Assembly: GCA_963715085.1 (NCBI GenBank)
Contig: CAVQQU010000005.1
Location: 290,922-354,921 of the forward strand
DNA length: 64,000 nucleotides
Reading direction: 5' to 3'
Source of the DNA: an uncultured Chloroflexia bacterium
GTDB taxonomy: Bacteria > Chloroflexota > Limnocylindria > Limnocylindrales > CSP1-4
Below are positions 49,721 to 62,102 of the stretch, one piece after another. Each line of letters begins with the position of its first letter. Position 1 is the first letter of the stretch. The notes under the pieces are model-generated. The model searched no databases. It had not been told where the DNA came from and saw nothing but the letters and a program-made list of their open reading frames with translations. The position numbers and the translations under genes were made by a program.

Positions 49721-49858
49721 GGCCCTCGATCTGTAGATCGCGGACGCCCATGCTGACTGATCGGCGGGAGGCTCTGACACACGGTCCGCGTTCTGGTCGC
49801 CGGGATCGCGCCGAGCCACTGGCGAAACCGACCCGTCCTGACGTGTCAGGAGGTTCCG

Positions 49859-51043
49859 GTGCCCTTGGTCCACCCCACCTCGCGAGGCGTGTTTGCCCTC
49901 GCGGCCGCAACCATCATGCTCGTCGGCGGCATCGCCCCGCCCACGGTCGCGGCGCTCCCATCCGCGTCGGAGGCAGTGGTCGTCGTGTTCCGCGACAGCG
50001 TCTCGGATCCGGCAGAGGCGACAGCCCAACTGGCCCGGGAACACGGGTTCGCGGCTGACCACGTGTACCGTCATGCCCTGAAGGGGTTCGCGGCCACGCT
50101 GCCCGCGCAGGCTCGGCAGGCGCTACTCCACAATCCGAACGTGGCATACATCGCACAGGACTCCGTGGCGACGGTAACAGACGTCCAGACCGGCGCCACC
50201 TGGGGGCTCGACAGGATCGACCAGCGTTCAAGGACCCTCGACGGGCTGTACCACTATGCGGCGACCGGCGCCGGCGTCACGGCCTACGTGGTCGACACGG
50301 GCATCCTGCTGTCGCACACTGAGTTCGAAGGTCGCGCTTCCACCGGGTACAACTTCCGCCCCGACCTTGGCGATGAGTGCAACGGCCACGGGACGCATGT
50401 GGCCGGGACCATCGGCGGGAAGACGTACGGCGTGGCCAAGGGCGTCACGCTCGTTTCAGTGCGGGTCTTCCCCTGCATCGGCGAAACCCCGGACGACGAG
50501 ATCATCGCGGGGCTCGAGTGGATGATCGTCGACCACCTTCCGGGCACGGCGGCGGTCGCCAACATGAGCTTCAGCGGGCCGGTCAACCAGGCCCTCGATG
50601 ATGCCGTGCAGCATGTCATCGACGATGGCATCAGTGTGGTCATCGCAGCCGGGAACGGGACCGACAACGACTTCAGGGCGGTTGACGCCTGCGGCTTCTC
50701 GCCGGGTCGCGTCGCCGAGGCGATGACCATGGGCGCCACCACGAGCAAGGATCAGAAGGCCACATTCTCCAACTACGGCCCCTGCGTCGACTGGTTCGCC
50801 CCTGGGGCCTCGATCACCTCAGCGTACGACTGGAGCGACACGGCCGTCGCGACCATGAACGGCACGTCCATGGCGACGCCGCACACGGTGGGTGTCGCCG
50901 CCCTCTACCTTCAGGCGCGCCCGACAGCCGCACCGGCCGCCGTGCGCGAGGCGCTCTATGCGGCGACGACGAAGAGCATCGTCAAGTCGTCCAGATCCAT
51001 CAACAATCACCTGCTGTACGGCCTCCTCGACCCACCCGGCTGA
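49859..51043 (+). CDS. S8 (subtilisin/proteinase K-like) serine peptidase with I9 propeptide and signal peptide
   Basis: Catalytic triad contexts YVVDTGI, NGHGTHVAGTIGG and NGTSMATPHTVG. Propeptide VVVFRD...HVYRHALKGFAATL. Intact. Row-by-row GC is about 63-70% against 75-80% in the flanking genes. Confidence 0.9.
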   Translation: MPLVHPTSRGVFALAAATIMLVGGIAPPTVAALPSASEAVVVVFRDSVSDPAEATAQLAREHGFAADHVYRHALKGFAATLPAQARQALLHNPNVAYIAQDSVATVTDVQTGATWGLDRIDQRSRTLDGLYHYAATGAGVTAYVVDTGILLSHTEFEGRASTGYNFRPDLGDECNGHGTHVAGTIGGKTYGVAKGVTLVSVRVFPCIGETPDDEIIAGLEWMIVDHLPGTAAVANMSFSGPVNQALDDAVQHVIDDGISVVIAAGNGTDNDFRAVDACGFSPGRVAEAMTMGATTSKDQKATFSNYGPCVDWFAPGASITSAYDWSDTAVATMNGTSMATPHTVGVAALYLQARPTAAPAAVREALYAATTKSIVKSSRSINNHLLYGLLDPPG

Positions 51044-51152
51044 GCTCGGCAGCAGACGGCAGCTTCAAGCCGGGCGTCGCCGCGCGATCGGCCACATCCC
51101 ACCCCCACGCAGCGCGGTCCGGATCGTACGTTGCCGATACCCCCACCCAGTA

Positions 51153-51225
51153 TTGACAAGTGGGTTGACAAGCGACCCGTTCGCGGCGCATCATCTGCCT
51201 GAACCGGCGTGTCAAGACTTGACAC
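51153..51225. promoter_or_regulatory. Cluster of four TTGACA(A/C)G octamers: two direct plus one 17-bp perfect palindrome
   Basis: TTGACAAG at 51153-51160 and 51165-51172. GTGTCAAGACTTGACAC at 51209-51225. The cluster lies 165-240 nt upstream of the dnaG start. Confidence 0.5.
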
Positions 51226-51389
51226 GCCCGTACGCATGTCCAGCGCCGCGATGGCACAGAGGAGCGGGCGCCGTCGGACGGGGGAAACCAGGAACACGGT
51301 GCGGGTCGCCGCGCGCGCCCGCCGGACGCGCCACGGAACGGCGACGCAACCACCATGGCCCAGACACCAGCCCCGCAGGAGAACCACGT

Positions 51390-53382
51390 TTGGCCGTCGG
51401 CGTCGCAGCCGAAGTGAAGAGCAAGCTGACCGTCCTCGACGTGGTCGGGGAGACGGTCGCGCTCAAGAAGGCGGGGACCACCTACAAGGGCCTCTGCCCC
51501 TTCCACGGCGAGAAGACGCCCAGCTTCATCGTCACGCCCGGGCGCGAGAGCTGGCACTGCTTCGGCTGCGGCGAGGGTGGCGACGTCTTCAGCTTCGTCA
51601 TGCGCCGCGACGGCCTGACCTTCCCCGAGGCGCTCAAGATCCTGGCCAGCCGCGCCGGCGTCGAGATCGACGAGCGGACCTCACGCGAGGACGCCCGCCG
51701 CCGGCATCTCCAGGATGTCCTCGAGTCGGCCATCTCGTTCTACCAGGCCGTCCTGACGAAGTCGCCCACCGGCGAGCGCGCCCTCGCCTACCTGCGCGAG
51801 CGCGGCTTCACCGACGAGACGATCGAATGGGCGAACCTGGGCTGGGCGCCGCCCGACTGGGACGCCCTGGGCCGGACCCTGGAGAAGCGCCGCCAGATCG
51901 GCCTGGCCGACCTGGTCGAGGCGGGCCTGGCCACGCCGCGCAAGGGCGGCCACGGCGCCTACGACCGGTTCCGGGCGCGGGTCGTCTTCCCGATCCGCGA
52001 CGCCACCGGCAACGCCACGGGCCTGGGCGGCCGCGTCCTGAAGGGGGCCGACGGCGCCGACCCCGAGGGCCCCAAGTACCTCAACTCGCCGGCCACCCCG
52101 CTCTTCGACAAGAGCCGCACGCTCTACCTGCTCGACCGGGCGAAGGCCCAGATCCGCAAGGCCGGCACCGCGGTCATCGTCGAGGGCTACACCGACGCCC
52201 TGATGGCCCACCAGGCCGGCTTCACGAACGTCGTGGCGAGCCTGGGGACGGCCCTGACGCCGGGCCAGGTCGCCCTGCTCATCCGCTACGCGGCGAAGAA
52301 GATCGTCCTCGCCTACGACGTGGATCCCGCCGGCGAGAAGGCCGGCACCCTGGGCGTGACGTCGCTCGAGGCGCTCACCCGGCAGCTGGCCGCCGGTGAC
52401 GCCGACGTCGAGCTCGACGAGGTGCGCGTCGCCCGGCTCCCGGAGGGCAAGGATCCGGACGAGACGATCCGCGAGAGCCCCGACGCCTGGCGCGAGGCGA
52501 TCCGGACCGCCCTGCCGATCGTGGAGTACCTGATCGAGTTCCATGCCCGCGGGGCCGACCTGCGCACGACCGGTGGACGCGCCCGCTTCATCGACGCGAT
52601 CCTCCCCACGCTCCGGACCGTCCGCAACCCGGTGCTGCGCGACGGCTATCTCCAGACGCTCCGCCAGGTCTCCGGGGTGGAGGAGCGGGTGCTGCTCGAG
52701 GCGCTCCACCGCGCGCCCGACGGCGGCCGGGGCGGCCCGGGGCACGGCGGCGGCGCGGCGCGACGGCGGCGTCCGCGACGGCGGGCGGATGTCGGCTGAT
52801 TCCGTCATGTCCTCGCCCGACGCCTTCGACCCGAAGGCCATCCTGCGCGCGATCACCGCGGTCGAGCGCGAGCTCCTCCGCTTCCTTCTCCTCGCCCCCG
52901 AGCTCCAGGCCGAGTTCGTCGAGCGCCTGCCGGCCTCGGATCTGCCCTCGACCCCCGCCCGCGAGCTCTGGTCGGCCGTGCTGGCCGTGCGCGAGGCGGG
53001 CCCGTACACGTCGGAGGCCGTCTACGCCCGCCTGGACCCCGAGACGCAGGCTCTCATGGCCGCGCTCCTCGGCGGCACGAGCGTCTCGGCTGCGGCCGGC
53101 GCGTCGGGCGCGAGCGTGAGCGGCCGGACGGACGCCGGGCTGGCGGAGCAGGGCATCGAGCAGTGCCTCCTGCGCCTCGAGCTCGACCGCCTGGAGGACC
53201 GCGACCGCTTCACCCGCGCCGAGCTCGCCGAAGCTGAGCGCGACGGCGACCGCGCGGCCATCGACCGGCTCATGACCGAGATCTCCCACCACAACGAGAA
53301 CCGACGTGCGATCGATCGGCGCCTCGAGCAGGCCAGCCTGCTGTCGAAGCCGATGGCGCGCCCAGCTGGAGGACGACGATGA
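51390..53382 (+). CDS. dnaG: DNA primase, one frame change ~52750
   Basis: Zn finger [49 protein letters not shown] and DPAGEKA. TTG 51390 is preceded by AGGAG at 7 nt. The C-terminal domain is in ORF 52543..53382. ATGA overlap with rpoD. Confidence 0.9.
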
Positions 53383-55205
53383 CTACCACCGACCCTGCCG
53401 ACGCAGCGCTCGTCGACGCCGTGCTCGCCGCGACGCCTCGTCGACGCCGCGCCGCCGCGGCCGAGGTGAAGGCGGTCTCGGCCGCCTCGCGCGCCGCTGC
53501 GGTTCCCGACGCTGAGCCCATCGCCGGCCTCGCCGGGTTCGACCCTGATGCCGACCCCGCCGTCTCGCTGGCGGGCAGCCTGGCTGTCGACGCCGATGGC
53601 GTGCCGCTGGACGCCGAGCCGGGCCCGGCGGAGCTGGCCGGCGAGGACGTGGAGCTGGGCGATGACCCGGCCGATCTCGCCACGGTGATCGTTCCGGGCC
53701 TCGTGGCCGACGCGTCCGACGCGGTGGTCCCGGCAGACGCCCCTGCCAAGCTCGACGCGAAGACCCTGGAGGAGCCCACCCCCGAGGAGCTCGAGGCGCT
53801 CTCGGCCGACATGATCGGGATCGACGACCCGGTCCGGATGTACCTCAAGGAGATCGGGAAGGTCGCCCTCCTGACCGCCGAGGAAGAGGTCGTCCTGGCC
53901 AAGGCGATCGAGCTCGGAGAGTGGATGGTCGAGGCGCCGGCAAAGGCGATCGTCAGCCTCCACGAGTGGACCCTGCACGAGACCGAGCGCAAGACCCGGA
54001 CGCTCAAGCCGCAGCATCAGCTTCCCCTCGGCGATGAGGCGCACCGGATGGTGAGCGCGGCCATCGCGGACGAGGGCGCGGCGGACCTCCTGGTCGCGCA
54101 CCCGGACTTCCACCTCCTCAAGGCGGGCAGGACGGCCCAGTCGGACGGCACCAAGGTGCTGCTCCGCGAGGCCAAGAAGCTCCTGGCGGCGTACAACGAA
54201 GCGCTGGCCCCCGACGCGTTCGTCACGCTCCTCGACTGGGCCTATCTCGCCGTTCACAACGGCGACCTCGACTCGCGCGACAACGTCGGCCTGCGCGCCA
54301 TCTACGACTGGACCCGCGACGACGTCGCCTTCCCGGCGCTCGGGCGCTGGATCGAGAGCGGCCACGACGCCGACCTCCTCAGGCACATGGGCTACTACGA
54401 CCCCGCGGAGGTGCCGCTCACCACGAAGCTGCGCGACCGCAAGGGCGAGATCGTCAGGATCGGCCGCGACGCGCGCGAGCAGCTCACGTCGGCAAACCTG
54501 CGCCTGGTCGTCTCGATCGCCAAGAAGTACATCGGGCGCGGGATGTCGTTCCTGGACTTGATCCAGGAGGGCAACATCGGCCTGATCCGGGCAGTCGAGA
54601 AGTTCGACTACGAGAAGGGCTTCAAGTTCTCCACCTATGCCACGTGGTGGATCCGCCAGGCGATCACCCGCGCGATCGCCGACCAGGCCCGCACGATCCG
54701 CATCCCGGTCCACATGGTCGAGACGATCAACCGCCTGATCCGCGTGTCGCGTCAGCTGCTGCAGGAGCTGGGCCGCGAGCCGACGGTGGAGGAGATCGCC
54801 GAGGCGATGTCCAAGGGCCAGGAGGTGGTGGTCACCCCCGAGAAGGTTCGCGAGATCATGAAGGTCTCCCAGGAGCCGGTGAGCCTCGAGACGCCGATCG
54901 GCGAGGAGGAGGACTCCCACCTCGGCGACTTCATCGAGGACCGGGGCGCCCTCGCGCCCGCCGAAGCGGCGTCGCACCAGCTCCTCAAGGAGCAGGTGGA
55001 GGCGGTGCTGGACTCCCTCACGGGACGCGAGCGGCGGGTCCTGCAGCTGCGCTTCGGCCTGGAGGACGGCCGGGCGCGCACGCTCGAGGAGGTCGGGCGC
55101 GAGTTCAACGTCACCCGCGAGCGGATCCGCCAGATCGAGGCGAAGGCGCTCCGCAAGCTCCGCCACCCGTCCCGGAGCCGCAAGCTCAAGGACTACCTGG
55201 AGTAG
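53379..55205 (+). CDS. rpoD: Principal RNA polymerase sigma factor (group 1)
   Basis: Region 2 is [53 protein letters not shown]. Region 4.2 is [27 protein letters not shown]. Long Ala/Asp-rich N-terminus. Intact. Confidence 0.95.
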   Translation: MTTTDPADAALVDAVLAATPRRRRAAAAEVKAVSAASRAAAVPDAEPIAGLAGFDPDADPAVSLAGSLAVDADGVPLDAEPGPAELAGEDVELGDDPADLATVIVPGLVADASDAVVPADAPAKLDAKTLEEPTPEELEALSADMIGIDDPVRMYLKEIGKVALLTAEEEVVLAKAIELGEWMVEAPAKAIVSLHEWTLHETERKTRTLKPQHQLPLGDEAHRMVSAAIADEGAADLLVAHPDFHLLKAGRTAQSDGTKVLLREAKKLLAAYNEALAPDAFVTLLDWAYLAVHNGDLDSRDNVGLRAIYDWTRDDVAFPALGRWIESGHDADLLRHMGYYDPAEVPLTTKLRDRKGEIVRIGRDAREQLTSANLRLVVSIAKKYIGRGMSFLDLIQEGNIGLIRAVEKFDYEKGFKFSTYATWWIRQAITRAIADQARTIRIPVHMVETINRLIRVSRQLLQELGREPTVEEIAEAMSKGQEVVVTPEKVREIMKVSQEPVSLETPIGEEEDSHLGDFIEDRGALAPAEAASHQLLKEQVEAVLDSLTGRERRVLQLRFGLEDGRARTLEEVGREFNVTRERIRQIEAKALRKLRHPSRSRKLKDYLE

Positions 55206-55219
55206 AGGTCCTCCGACCG

Positions 55220-55244
55220 GCCCGGGCGCGGAACGTGCCCGGGC
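55220..55244 (+). terminator. GC-rich hairpin after rpoD (GCCCGGGC-N9-GCCCGGGC), no U tract
   Basis: 8-bp self-complementary arms at 55220-55227 and 55237-55244, 15 nt after the TAG stop. Confidence 0.35.
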
Positions 55245-55352
55245 GAGGGCTCAGCCCGCGGGCGTCCGGGGGCGAGTGAACCTTGCGCTGGGGCGTGGGC
55301 ACGGGCAATATCTGGCTCCCCCCGGTCGGGAGAAGACCCCAGGAGGCGCACG

Positions 55353-57302
55353 GTGTCCGAGCTGTTCCCCGTCAAGCCCAACATCGCCGCACGGTCGCAC
55401 CTCAGCAGCCGGGAGGAGTATGACCGGCTCTACCGCCTCTCCCTGGACAACCCCGATTGGTTCTGGTCGGAGCAGGCCAAGACGATCAGCTGGTTCCATC
55501 CGTTCCAGGTGGTCTTCGACGCCGACTACGACGAGGTGGACTTCGCCTGGTACTCCGCGGGCCGCCTCAACGCGTCGTTCAACTGCGTCGACCGGCACCT
55601 CCAGGACATCGGCGACCGCACCGCGATCATCTGGGCCCAGGACGAGCCGGGCGCCTACCAGCACATCACCTACCGGGAGCTGAAGCACAACGTCGGACGC
55701 GTGGCGAATGTCCTCCACTCGCACGGCATCCGGCGCGGCGACCGGGTCTGCATCTACATGGGCATGATGCCCGAGCTCGTCTACACCATGCTGGCGTGCG
55801 CGCGGATCGGGGCGGTGCACACCGTCGTCTTCGGAGGGTTCAGCTCCGAGGCCCTGCGCGATCGCATCGTGGACGCCCGCTGCCGCATCGTCGTGACGGC
55901 GAACGAGGGCCTGCGCGGCGGCAAGCACATTCCCCTCAAGCAGACCGTGGACCGTGCCGTCGAGGGCATGTCGTTGGTGGAGACCGTGCTGGTGGCCCGG
56001 CGCACCGACCACGAGGTTCCCATGACCGCCGGCCGCGACTTCTGGCTGGATGAGGAGTGTCGCAAGCAGCGCTCCACCTGCACGAACGAGTGGATGGGTG
56101 CCGAAGACCCGCTCTTCATCCTCTACACCTCGGGCAGCACCGGCAAGCCCAAGGGTCTCATGCATACGACGGGCGGCTACCTCGTCTACGCGGCCTTCAC
56201 CCACAAGATGGTCTTCGACTATCACCCGGGTGACATCTACTTCTGCGCCGCGGACGTGGGCTGGATCACCGGCCACACGTACATCGTCTACGGCCCGCTG
56301 GCGAACGGGGCCACGACGGTGATCTTCGAGTCCACGCCGACCTACCCGGACCCCGGCCGCTACTGGCGCATCGTGGACGACCTCGGCGTCAACATCTTCT
56401 ACACGTCGCCGACCGCCCTCCGCGGCATCGCCCAGGGTGGAGACGAGTGGGTGAAGCGGTACCGTCGCGACTCGCTTCGGGTGCTCGGGAGCGTGGGGGA
56501 GCCCATCAACCCCGAGATCTGGCGCTGGTATCACGACGTGGTGGGTGAGAGTCGTTGCGCGGTCGTGGACACCTGGTGGCAGACGGAGACCGGGGGCATC
56601 CTCATCACGCCCCTGCCGGGAGTCACCCCGACGAAGCCCGGTTCGGCCACCCTGCCGTTCTTCGGGGTCAAGCCGCTGATCGTGGACACGGCCGACGGGA
56701 AGATCCTGGAGGGCAACGACGTGAGCGGAGCCCTGTGCCTGGCAACGCCATGGCCGGGACAGGCACGGACGGTGTGGGGTGACCACCACCGATTCAAGGA
56801 GACCTACTTCACCCAGTACCCGGGGCACTACTTCACCGGCGACGGCGCCCGGCGTGACGAGGACGGCTACTACTGGATCACGGGCCGCATCGACGACGTC
56901 CTCAACGTGTCGGGCCACCGGCTGGGCACCGCGGAGCTCGAGAGCGCGCTCGTCGCTCACGAGGCGGTCGCCGAGGCCGCGGTGGTGGGCTTCCCGCACC
57001 CGATCAAGGGGCAGGGGATCTACGCCTACGTGCTCCTCGCATCCGACTATGCGTCGGCCGACCACGACGAGCTGCATGGTGCGCTCAAGGAGCAGGTGCG
57101 CCACATGATCGGCGCCTTCGCCGCGCCGGACGTGATCCACATCGCATCCGGGTTGCCCAAGACACGGAGTGGCAAGATCATGCGGCGGATCCTGCGGAAG
57201 GTCGCGGCGTCGGAGTACGACGGGATGGGAGACCTGACGACGCTCGCAGAGCCGGACGTGGTGGATCGGCTCATCGAGGAGCACCGGGCCGGGCGGGAGT
57301 GA
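55353..57302 (+). CDS. acs: Acetyl-CoA synthetase
   Basis: 649 aa and intact. Motifs [19 protein letters not shown] and [21 protein letters not shown] start is preceded by CCAGGAGG. Confidence 0.95.
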   Translation: MSELFPVKPNIAARSHLSSREEYDRLYRLSLDNPDWFWSEQAKTISWFHPFQVVFDADYDEVDFAWYSAGRLNASFNCVDRHLQDIGDRTAIIWAQDEPGAYQHITYRELKHNVGRVANVLHSHGIRRGDRVCIYMGMMPELVYTMLACARIGAVHTVVFGGFSSEALRDRIVDARCRIVVTANEGLRGGKHIPLKQTVDRAVEGMSLVETVLVARRTDHEVPMTAGRDFWLDEECRKQRSTCTNEWMGAEDPLFILYTSGSTGKPKGLMHTTGGYLVYAAFTHKMVFDYHPGDIYFCAADVGWITGHTYIVYGPLANGATTVIFESTPTYPDPGRYWRIVDDLGVNIFYTSPTALRGIAQGGDEWVKRYRRDSLRVLGSVGEPINPEIWRWYHDVVGESRCAVVDTWWQTETGGILITPLPGVTPTKPGSATLPFFGVKPLIVDTADGKILEGNDVSGALCLATPWPGQARTVWGDHHRFKETYFTQYPGHYFTGDGARRDEDGYYWITGRIDDVLNVSGHRLGTAELESALVAHEAVAEAAVVGFPHPIKGQGIYAYVLLASDYASADHDELHGALKEQVRHMIGAFAAPDVIHIASGLPKTRSGKIMRRILRKVAASEYDGMGDLTTLAEPDVVDRLIEEHRAGRE

Positions 57303-57315
57303 TCGCCCGCGGAGG

Positions 57316-60060
57316 CTACGCGCGCCGACTCCGGCGACGAAGGACCAGCTTCTCGAGCTCCACGGCGACAAAGGCCGCCGTGGAGGCGATGAGCACGACG
57401 ACCAGCTCCGGCGCGCCCAGCGCCTCGGTGACGAAGATCGGCTGAAGCGCCGGGACGTAGATCAGGGCGATCTGGACGAAGAACGTGCCGATCACCGCGA
57501 AGGCGAGCGGGAGGTTCGATCGCAGCCCGAGGCGGAACGTGCTCATTCGCTCCGATCGGACCGCGAGTGCGTGGCCCAGCTGGAGCAGCGAGAGCGTCGT
57601 GAAGACCATCGTCTGCCAGTGCCAGCCCGCATCGATCGCCGCGCCCTGGATCCCGAGCACGACCGCCGCCATGAGCAGCCCGACCCAGAGCGCGTGCTGC
57701 CAGAGGCCGGCGCCCAGGATCGACTCGCCCGTCGGTCGCGGGCCCCGGCGCATGGCGTCGGGCTCGACCGGCTCCACGCCGAGCGCGAGGGCCGGGAGCC
57801 CGTCGGTGACGAGGTTGATCCACAGGATCTGGACGGCCAGGAGCGGGATCGGCAGGCCCAGGAACGGGGCCAGGAACATGACCCAGACCTCGGCCGAGTT
57901 CGTCGTGAGCAGGTAGCGGACGAAGCGCCGGATGTTGTCGTAGATCCGGCGCCCCTCCTCGACCGCGTGGACGATCGTGGCGAAGTCGTCGTCGGCGAGG
58001 ACCATGTCCGCCGCTTCCTTGCTCACCTCCGTGCCGGTGATCCCCATCGCCACCCCGATGTCCGCCAGGCGCAGCGCCGGCGCATCGTTGACCCCGTCGC
58101 CCGTCATCGCGACGACCGCCCGACGCCCACGCCACGCCTCGACGATGCGCAGCTTCTGCTCCGGGTTCATCCGCGCGTAGACAGCGACGCGCTCGACCCG
58201 GGCCTCGAACGCCGCGTCGTCGAGCCCGTCCAGCTCGGCGCCGGTGAGGGTCTCGCCACCCGGCTCCAGGATCCCGATCCGGCGGGCGATCGCCGTGCCG
58301 GTGAGCGGGTGGTCGCCGGTGATCATGATCGGCGTGATGCCGGCGCCCCGGCACGCGGCGATGGACGCGGCCGACGCCGGGCGGGGAGGATCGGCCATCG
58401 CGACGAGCCCGGCGAGGCGCAGGTTCGACTCGGCCTGCTCGGGGATCTCCGGGATGGCGGGCAGCTCGCGGTCGGCGAGGGCCAGCACGCGGTAGCCGTC
58501 ACCGGCGAATTGCAGGGCAGCCGCCTCGGCGGCAGCCAGGAGGAGGCGGTCGGCGGGATCGAGCAGCGGGGCGATGGCCTCGAGCGCCCCCTTGGAGGCG
58601 ACCCAGATCCGGTCCCCGTGGCGGTGCAGCGTGGTCATCCGGCGGCGGGCGGCGTCGAAGGTGAGCTCCTCCACGCGAGGCTGTTCGGCGAGGAGGTCGG
58701 AGGCGAAGACACCGCGCTTGCCGGCGAACGCGAGGAGGGCCCCTTCGGTCGGATCTCCGGTGATCGACCAGGAGTCGCCCGCGTGGTCGGGGGCGCGAAG
58801 GGTCGCGTCGTTGCAGGCAGCGGCGATCGTCGCGATGCGGTCCAGGTCGCGGTCGAGGGCGACGGCATCGACCGGAGCAGTCGCGCCAGCGCTGACCGGG
58901 GCGTCCACGCCGGCGTCGGCCGAGGCATCAGCTCCAGCCTCGGCCTCGAACGTGCCGCCGGGGGCGTACCCATCTCCGGTCACCCGCACAGCCCCCACCG
59001 GCGTCCATGCCCGCTCCACGAGCATCCGGTTCTCGGTCAGCGTGCCCGTCTTGTCCGAGCAGATGACCGTCACCGATCCCAGCGTCTCGACCGCGGGGAG
59101 CTTGCGGACGAGGGCGTTGCGGCGCGCCATGCGGCGGGCGCCGAGGGCGAGGGCGACCGTCACGACCGCCGGGAGCCCTTCCGGGATGGCCGCCACGGCC
59201 AGGCTCACTGCGACCAGGAACATGTCCTCCGGCGATTCCCCGCGGGCGACACCGGCGGCGAAGACCAGGGAACAGACGACCAGTGCGAGAACGGCCAGTG
59301 CCTTGCCCAGTGTCGCGAGCCGGTGCTGGAGTGGCGTCTGCCCTCCGGCGTGCTCCTGGAGCAGCTCGGCGACCCGGCCCAGTGCGGTCGACATGCCGGT
59401 GGCCAGCACCAGGCCGGCGCCCCGCCCGTAGACCACCGCTGTGCCGTTGAACGCGATGTTGCGCTGGTCGGCCAGGACACCCTCGGGCACGTCGGGAAGC
59501 GGCTCCGAGCCCTTCTCGGCAGGCTCGGACTCGCCGGTCAGGGCGGCCTCGTTGATGCGCAGCGTCCGGGCCTCGCTGAGGCGCAGGTCCGCGGTCACGA
59601 TGTCGCCCGCGTCAAGCCGCACGAGATCGCCCGGGACCAGCTCCGGGGCCGGGACGAGCAGCGTCTCGCCGTCGCGAACGACCCGCGCGGTCGGGCTCGA
59701 CATCGCCTTGAGGGCGTCGATGGCCTGCTCGGCCCGGTACTCCTGGACGAACCCGACGACCCCGTTCAGGACGACGATGGCCAGGATGACGGCGGTGTCC
59801 TTGAGGTCGCCGAGAAGGGCGGTGATGACGGCCGCGACGAGCAGGACGATGATCATCGCGTTGGTGAACTGCTCGAGCAGCAGGCGCCATGTCGGCCGCT
59901 TGTCCTTCTCGACCAGCTCGTTGCGTCCGTACTGGGCGAGGCGCGCGGCTGCTTCGTCGGCGGTCAGGCCGCGGACCGGGTCGGTGCCCAGCGCGGTCGC
60001 AACATCGACCGCGCTGCGGGTCCAGGCGCGTGCGGCGACATCGGTGGGAGTCGGACTCAT
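57316..60060 (-). CDS. Cation-transporting P-type ATPase (P2, Ca2+/SERCA-PMCA-like)
   Basis: [34 protein letters not shown] and 10 predicted TM-like segments. ATG 60060 chosen. Intact. Confidence 0.9.
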   Translation of the reverse strand: MSPTPTDVAARAWTRSAVDVATALGTDPVRGLTADEAAARLAQYGRNELVEKDKRPTWRLLLEQFTNAMIIVLLVAAVITALLGDLKDTAVILAIVVLNGVVGFVQEYRAEQAIDALKAMSSPTARVVRDGETLLVPAPELVPGDLVRLDAGDIVTADLRLSEARTLRINEAALTGESEPAEKGSEPLPDVPEGVLADQRNIAFNGTAVVYGRGAGLVLATGMSTALGRVAELLQEHAGGQTPLQHRLATLGKALAVLALVVCSLVFAAGVARGESPEDMFLVAVSLAVAAIPEGLPAVVTVALALGARRMARRNALVRKLPAVETLGSVTVICSDKTGTLTENRMLVERAWTPVGAVRVTGDGYAPGGTFEAEAGADASADAGVDAPVSAGATAPVDAVALDRDLDRIATIAAACNDATLRAPDHAGDSWSITGDPTEGALLAFAGKRGVFASDLLAEQPRVEELTFDAARRRMTTLHRHGDRIWVASKGALEAIAPLLDPADRLLLAAAEAAALQFAGDGYRVLALADRELPAIPEIPEQAESNLRLAGLVAMADPPRPASAASIAACRGAGITPIMITGDHPLTGTAIARRIGILEPGGETLTGAELDGLDDAAFEARVERVAVYARMNPEQKLRIVEAWRGRRAVVAMTGDGVNDAPALRLADIGVAMGITGTEVSKEAADMVLADDDFATIVHAVEEGRRIYDNIRRFVRYLLTTNSAEVWVMFLAPFLGLPIPLLAVQILWINLVTDGLPALALGVEPVEPDAMRRGPRPTGESILGAGLWQHALWVGLLMAAVVLGIQGAAIDAGWHWQTMVFTTLSLLQLGHALAVRSERMSTFRLGLRSNLPLAFAVIGTFFVQIALIYVPALQPIFVTEALGAPELVVVLIASTAAFVAVELEKLVLRRRSRRA

Positions 60061-60182
60061 GCCCCTAGGATGGCCCAGCGCGGGCACCCGCGTGAGGGTG
60101 CCGGGTCCCGATCAGTCGGGGCCGAACGTCCCGACCGGCTCCGGGCTCCCGGCGCCCGCCCCGGAGTGGCACCATGCGCGGT

Positions 60183-61431
60183 ATGGACGAGACACTCCGC
60201 TACCCGATCCGCACGGCCACCGCGGACAACGTCCGCGCCTTCCTGACGCCCTGTCACCGTCGCCTTCGGCGATGAGTTCACCGAAGCTGAGCTCGAGGAC
60301 TGGCGCCGAACCATCGAGCCGGATCGCGTGATCGCCGCGTTCGACGGCGAGGCGTCGATCGGGGCTGCTGCGGCCTACACGTTTCGCCTCACCGTCCCCG
60401 GCGGCGAGGTGGGCGCGGCGGGCGTCACCGGTGTCGGCGTGGAGCCCGGCCACCGGCGCCAGGGCGTGCTGCGGGCCCTCATGCGCCACCAGCTCGACGA
60501 CGTGCGCGGTCGGGGCGAGCCCGTTGCCATCCTGTGGGCCTCGGAGGCCGCGATCTACCAGCGTTTCGGCTACGGCCTGGGGGCCCTCAACGGCTCGTTC
60601 GAGATCGACCGCGGCCGCACGGCGTGGCTCCGGCCGTGGGAGTCCGAGGGGCGGATGCGGCTCGTGGATGCGGCCGAGGCGCTGACGACCTTCCCCCCGA
60701 TCTACGATCAGATGCGCGTCGCCACGCCGGGTGCGCTGAACCGCACGGCGGAATGGTGGCGCTGGGGGATCCTGCACGACGCCGAGTACATGCGCCACGG
60801 CGCCGGTCCCAAGTACCGCTACCTCTACGAGGTGGACGGGGCGGCCGAGGGATACGCCATCTATCGAACGAAAGGCGAATGGGACGAGCGCGGGCCGAAG
60901 GGCCAGCTGCTGGTGGTCGAGGCGATGGCGCTCACGCCGCGCGCCGAGCGCGCCGTCTGGAGCTTTCTCTTCAGCGTCGATCTCATGCGCTCCACGAAGG
61001 CGGGCCGTGTGCCGGTGCCGCCTGCGCTCCTCCTCGAGCTGGCCGACCCGCGCGCCCTCGGGCTGACGACGAGCGATGGGCTCTGGGTGCGCCTGGTCGA
61101 CCTGCCGGCCGCGCTCGCGGCGCGCCGCTACGGGGCAGCCGGGACGCTGGTGCTCGAGGTTGCCGACGCCTTCTGCCCGTGGAACGCCGGGCGCTGGCAG
61201 CTCACCGCGATCGGTGACGCGGGGAGCGCGGTCGTCACGGCCGTACCGACCGACGCGCCGGCCGAGCTGGCCCTCGACGTGGCCGACCTGGCCGCGGCCT
61301 ATCTCGGCGCGTTCCGGCTCTCGGACCTCGCGCGGGCAGGGCGCGTGGCGGAGCTGACCGCGGGCGCCCTTCGACGCGCGGACGCACTCTTCGCGTCCGA
61401 CCGCACGCCCTGGTGCGCCACGATGTTCTGA
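60183..61431 (+). CDS. Eis-like GNAT N-acetyltransferase with SCP2-like C-terminal domain, frame change ~60250
   Basis: GVGVEPGHRRQGVLRALM (acetyl-CoA site), the central GNAT2 domain and the C-terminal ...LFASDRTPWCATMF. The first ~22 codons (MDETLRYPIRTATADNVRAFLTP) are in another frame. Confidence 0.8.
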
Positions 61432-61499
61432 GCGGCGACCGGTCCGCACCCGCGCGCCCGCCCGGCCGCGAGCCTCTGACCCCACGCAGGAGCCGACCG

Positions 61500-62010
61500 A
61501 TGCCCAAGCTCGCCGCATCCAGCGACAGGATCACGCCCTTCCTCTGGTTCTCCCACGAGGCCGAGGAGGCTGCGACCTTCTACGTGTCGATCTTCCCGGA
61601 CGCCCGGATCACCGGCGTCACCCGCTATGGGGACGCCGGCCAGGACGTGACAGGCGGGGAGCCCGGCTCGGTGATGACCGTCGAGTTTCAGGCTCGCGGG
61701 GCAGCCGTTCGTGGCGCTCAACGGCAGGCCCCTCTTCCGCTTCACAGAGGCGATCTCATTCCAGGTCAGCTGCGCCGACCAGGCCGAGGTCGACTACTTC
61801 TGGGACCGACTCTCCGAGGGCGGCGACCCGGCGGCGCAGCAGTGCGGCTGGCTGAAGGACCGCTATGGGCTTTCATGGCAGGTCGTGCCGACCAGGCTCC
61901 ACGAGCTGCTCGCAGACCCCGAGCCGGGACAGGTCGCCCGGGTCACCGAGGCGATGCTCCGCATGAAGAAGTTCGACATCGCGGAGCTGGAGCGCGCCCG
62001 CGCGGGATGA
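61500..62010 (+). CDS. VOC-superfamily protein (PhnB-like / 3-demethylubiquinone-9 3-methyltransferase domain), frame change ~61690
   Basis: [27 protein letters not shown]...VMTVEF is followed by [30 protein letters not shown]...[16 protein letters not shown] in ORF 61711..62010. Confidence 0.8.
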
Positions 62011-62102
62011 TTCGGGGTGACCGCGGCCCGCCCGGTCACGCGTGAGCAGCTTCAGCACGGACCGCTGATGGGACCGGCACGAGCCTGGCCGCGGGGGCGT
62101 CG

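Noticed and set aside
60083-60102. The inverted repeat GGCACCC-N6-GGGTGCC between the P-type ATPase and the Eis-like gene as an operator
   Set aside because: A 7-bp GC-rich dyad is expected fairly often by chance at this GC content. No second copy or linked regulator was found. It is noted but not reported as a feature.
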